Source of the DNA: Eledone cirrhosa
Lineage: Eukaryota
Direction: 5' to 3'
DNA length: 64,000 nucleotides
Assembly: GCA_964016885.1 (NCBI GenBank)
Contig: OZ024745.1
Location: 31,124,001 to 31,188,000 of the forward strand
Part shown: positions 61,301-64,000 of the stretch, one piece after another
Numbering within the stretch: the first letter of the stretch is position 1
Layout of the letters: every line of letters begins with the position of its first letter
Position numbers and translations under genes: made by a program
The notes under the pieces: model-generated
Databases searched by the model: none
Seen by the model: the letters and a program-made list of their open reading frames with translations, nothing else
What the model was told of the DNA's origin: nothing

Positions 61301-63320
61301 TATATATATATATTGGGACATCCCATAAATAATGGTTTCTGCTTTAGGCACAAGGCCAACAATTTTTGGGAAAGGGAAAGTCGATCAAATTGACCCCAGT
61401 GCATTACTGGTACTTTATTTTATTGACCCCGTAAGGATGAAATTAAAGCTAATCTTGGCAGGATTTGAATTCAGAAGGTAAAGGGCCATAACTCTATGCC
61501 ACAAAGCATATTGTCCGGCGCTCTACTGATACTGCCAATAATATGTTTTTTCTTATACTCCTTTTATTTAAAAAATTAAGATTTTCAAATCTTTCACTAA
61601 GAATAAGGACAAGGTAAATTTAATACCTGCTTTTATAGCAAATTTAAGCAAGCGTTTATCCCCACCCCTCTGATTTTTATTGTATACAATTGAAAAAAAA
61701 ACATGCATTATATATGGGATGACCCAATACAACAAGTGTTTTAAGGCCATTTTTCTTGCTAACTAAAGCAGGGGTTAGTCTTGTGAGCCACTAGATAAGA
61801 CTCTCCATTTTTTTCCCTATCATCTGCATCCTCCCTCACCAATCCCCTGGTCCTTAATTCCTCCTGCATCACTTTTAGCCAGGTCTTTCTTGATCTTCCC
61901 TTTCCACTGCTTTCTTCCACTTTCATCCTTTCTCTACACATGTCCCATCCATCTCATACTATTCTCTTCCCAACGTTCATCACTGGTACTATTCCAACCA
62001 TTCCCAGCAATTTATTGTTTGTCTTCCTCTCTCAGCAATACTCCACTCATCAATTGGGACCATTTTCATTTCTGTTCTTTCCAGCCTTCTCTCTAACTCC
62101 ACATTCATCACCCATGTCTCACTCCCATAAATCATGGTTCTTCTCACACATGCTGCTTTAGTTTCAGCAACACTCCCCTCCTTATTACCACACGATTCAG
62201 TTCCTGGAAAGCCTTATATGCACTCATTCTAGATACTTTTCCAGAGTCTGATCCATCCTCTTCATTCAACATATTTCCAAGGTAACAGAACGTTTTCATG
62301 CCATTCCCTAAATCCAGTTCAACATCCTTTCTATACACAATTTACACTTAAATTGACTCCAGTGCATTACTGGTACTTTATTTTATTGATCCCGTAAGGA
62401 TAAAATGGAAAGCTAACCTTGGCGGGATTTGAATTCAGAAGGTAAAGGGCTGAAACTCTATGCCACAAAGCATGTTGTCCTATACTCTACCGGTACTACT
62501 AATCCACCAACTTTTTTCATAATAATAATAATTGGACAATATCAATAAATAGATAGAATTAGCAAGCAATAATACATCTGAGATAAAGTGAGATGTCAAT
62601 AATAAAATCAATGTTTTGTTCTAGAATACATTCGTTATCTGTGAAAATGAAAAACTTTGTAACAAAAACTGTCTGTTACAAAAACAAACATGTACTTCTT
62701 CAGCAATCTGTTATGTTTGTTTATAGAAATCCTAGGCTTATCTGATGAAATATGTTATATAAAACAACAACATAATATCAAATTATTTATCTTTCAAATT
62801 CATTGCCAATATAATTATTTGGTTTATTTGTGAATGAATTAGTAAGATAAATATTAATGACTTGTTAAATGGTGAGTAATTGCAATCAAAATAAAACAAA
62901 ATTAAAAATTACTGTAAATACTTGAAATTAAGCAGATTTGAAAATAAGCCACTCCCCTCCCCAATCTTTTGTCTGAGAAATGGGCAACAATCCAAACCCT
63001 GTTTATAAACCAAGGCAGATAATCAACACATTGTTTAGATGTTGTATATAAGCACCCCCACCATTTTACCTCTGATTCTTTGGTCACAGATTCCTCAACT
63101 TATATTCAAGTATATACAGTACTTTTACATGTTTATATGGAATGATTATTTTTTTATTGGTTCAGAATATTTAAATCCAATTGAAGATTTTGAATCCAAA
63201 TTGCATGAAAACAATATTTTAATCTTACCTTAATTCGAGACTCATCACCCATAATTTTTTCAATAAAAAGGAACAGAAGCAGTCCTGTTAGGACCCATTT
63301 TCCTGTCCATATATAGTCAT
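36925..63320 (-). CDS. SLC39A13: Zinc/iron transporter ZIP13 (LIV-1 subfamily), 3' part; complement(join(36925..37000,37561..37660,38271..38340,45865..45978,54983..55072,60807..60965,63229..>63320))
   Basis: [17 protein letters not shown]...[79 protein letters not shown]...[54 protein letters not shown]. The DNFTHG TM4 motif favours ZIP13 over ZIP7; junctions are in phase. Confidence 0.94.
37561..37660 (-). CDS. SLC39A13: SLC39A13 exon
   Basis: [32 protein letters not shown]|gtaaat. Confidence 0.95.
37690..38055 (+). mobile_element. Highly degenerate RTE RT fragment
   Basis: [11 protein letters not shown]...[11 protein letters not shown]...[11 protein letters not shown] remnants. Confidence 0.7.
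38271..38340 (-). CDS. SLC39A13: SLC39A13 exon
   Basis: [23 protein letters not shown]|gtaact. Confidence 0.93.
39620..39880 (+). mobile_element. Tigger/pogo transposase C-terminal relic
   Basis: [16 protein letters not shown]...AMNGVWKK...DDVIELL remnants with stops. Confidence 0.55.
39889..40092. mobile_element. piggyBac-type MITE
   Basis: TTAA|CCCTTTAGCATTTA...TAAATGCTAAAGGG|TTAA. Confidence 0.8.
41030..42630 (+). mobile_element. Young 5'-truncated CR1-group LINE: uninterrupted RT to C-terminus, 3' UTR, (ATT)n tail
   Basis: [98 protein letters not shown]; ~490 codons with no stop. Confidence 0.95.
42970..43190. mobile_element. piggyBac-type MITE
   Basis: TTAA|CCCTTTAGCATTTA...TAAATGCTAAAGAG|TTAA. 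Confidence 0.8.
45397..45800. mobile_element. hAT (Charlie-like) MITE
   Basis: CTGGGGTCTCCAAC ... GTTGAGGCCCCTG termini; 8-bp flanks TTTTAAAT and GTTTAAAT. Confidence 0.7.
45865..45978 (-). CDS. SLC39A13: SLC39A13 exon (TM5, HEIPHE motif)
   Basis: [38 protein letters not shown]|gtgaga. Confidence 0.97.
46461..47579. repeat. 137-bp inverted repeat pair (46461-46597 / 47443-47579) with ACTAG...CTAGT ends
   Basis: Reverse-complement match read directly, few mismatches; no TSD. Confidence 0.9.
46944..47062. mobile_element. Tc1/mariner-type MITE nested between the inverted repeats
   Basis: TA|CAGTTGACTCTCCCTAATTGTCA ... TGACAATTAGAGATAGTCAACTG|TA. Confidence 0.75.
48147..50195 (-). pseudogene. 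5'-truncated PIF1-family helicase fused to a USP (peptidase C19-like) deubiquitinase domain; probably Helitron-encoded; one in-frame TGA at 48417-48419
   Basis: Helicase motifs [63 protein letters not shown]; then Cys box [24 protein letters not shown] and His box [15 protein letters not shown]...WDEISD. The 592-aa and 74-aa ORFs share a frame. Intronless, inside an SLC39A13 intron. Confidence 0.85.
52355..52570 (+). mobile_element. Penelope-like element GIY-YIG C-terminal relic
   Basis: [23 protein letters not shown]...[14 protein letters not shown]...[13 protein letters not shown] (CxLCLxEK...LN...EL...CxH pattern), followed by an AC-rich 3' region. Confidence 0.65.
54983..55072 (-). CDS. 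SLC39A13: SLC39A13 exon (TM4)
   Basis: [30 protein letters not shown]|gtatgt. Confidence 0.97.
56360..59818 (-). mobile_element. Near full-length CR1-group LINE (partial ORF1; ORF2 endonuclease + RT of 748 aa, then frameshifts; (ATT)n tail)
   Basis: [48 protein letters not shown] and LGDSDH endonuclease motifs plus a full RT; small deletions near 57030 and 56800. Confidence 0.95.
60218..60560 (-). mobile_element. Tandem pair of SINE family B copies (second one 5'-truncated)
   Basis: 60214-60360 is repeated almost exactly at 60414-60560. Confidence 0.85.
60807..60965 (-). CDS. SLC39A13: SLC39A13 exon (variable cytoplasmic loop)
   Basis: ttttgcag|[16 protein letters not shown]...VQKTRSIK|gttggt; phase 0 on both sides; hydrophilic loop ending SIK before the TM4 exon. 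Confidence 0.8.
61760..62340 (-). mobile_element. Degenerate RTE 3' fragment
   Basis: FCYLGNML...AFQEL and [15 protein letters not shown] remnants. Confidence 0.65.
63229..63320 (-). CDS. SLC39A13: SLC39A13 exon (TM3)
   Basis: ttacag|[30 protein letters not shown]|gtaaga. Confidence 0.9.
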
Positions 63321-64000
63321 CTGTAAATATATATGTAAATTGGAAATAAAAGTAAATGTATTTTAAAGAATGATTCAAAGGTTTTATCATTTGTTAACAC
63401 CAATGATGAAGCTTATTGAAAGCATTAACTAGGCTTTAATATGAACACATAGATGAAAAAGAATTGTAGACAAGCTAAAGAAGAAGCCTCAACATGACCA
63501 TTTGATTTGCTAGACAAAAGTAGCCAAATTTCCCTGAAATCATACTCTACCATCCTAAAAAGATGAAATTTGTGAGGCCAGGATATTGTATATGTTAAAC
63601 AAAGATGGGATGACCAAGATTCAAATGCCTTAGTTTATAAGAAAGCTTGATTAGGTCTGACCTTGGGCTAAACAACAACAGAACTGTAGATATGTTATAC
63701 ATGTAGTTGCTTAGCCTCAGACCAGCTCTGATCATAGACCTGTCACAAAAGATGAGGGCAGAGGGAAAACGCTGGATGCGCCCTCTCCATCACTTTTTAA
63801 TGGTTCACTCTCAGATTTAGAAAAATTTACAGTGATTTGCTTATTCCAAAACTCCATCTCTTCCTCTCTTCTCTTCTACTCTGAATTCACTTAAAACATT
63901 TTTAATATCAAAATATTAAAAAATCGTAAATATTTTCTCCACTCATGGGAGTTTCAAAACTATGCCATAATGTGTCAATTAGCTGCCTTGGCTTATAAAC

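Overview
AT-rich, repeat-dense animal genomic DNA. The SINE/LINE repertoire and (CAT)n/(AT)n tracts suggest an octopus or other cephalopod (inference). Three spliced host genes were reconstructed by hand with frame-consistent GT-AG junctions: the 3' half of CDC5L (+, 10 exons, 1-13644), a complete AS3MT-like arsenite methyltransferase (+, 9 exons, 18670-33213, 352 aa), and the 3' part of the ZIP-family transporter SLC39A13/ZIP13 (-, 7 exons, 36925-63320, 5' end outside the window). Introns and intergenic DNA hold RTE and CR1-group LINEs, Gypsy, Chapaev3, Tigger and Penelope fragments, two main SINE families, several MITE types and two minisatellites. The most unusual items are: (1) a probably Helitron-borne PIF1 helicase fused in one frame to a complete USP/C19-type deubiquitinase domain, next to inverted CTAG-T ends; (2) an otherwise intact AS3MT in which the arsenic-binding Cys206 equivalent is Gly; (3) a Mutator-like foldback with ~255-bp arms and a duplicated stop-containing splice acceptor in AS3MT intron 1; (4) a minimal hammerhead-ribozyme motif inside a 390-bp-period direct repeat; (5) two young inverted LINE copies that bracket the two metal-site exons of ZIP13. 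All identities and family calls are by eye; no searches were run.
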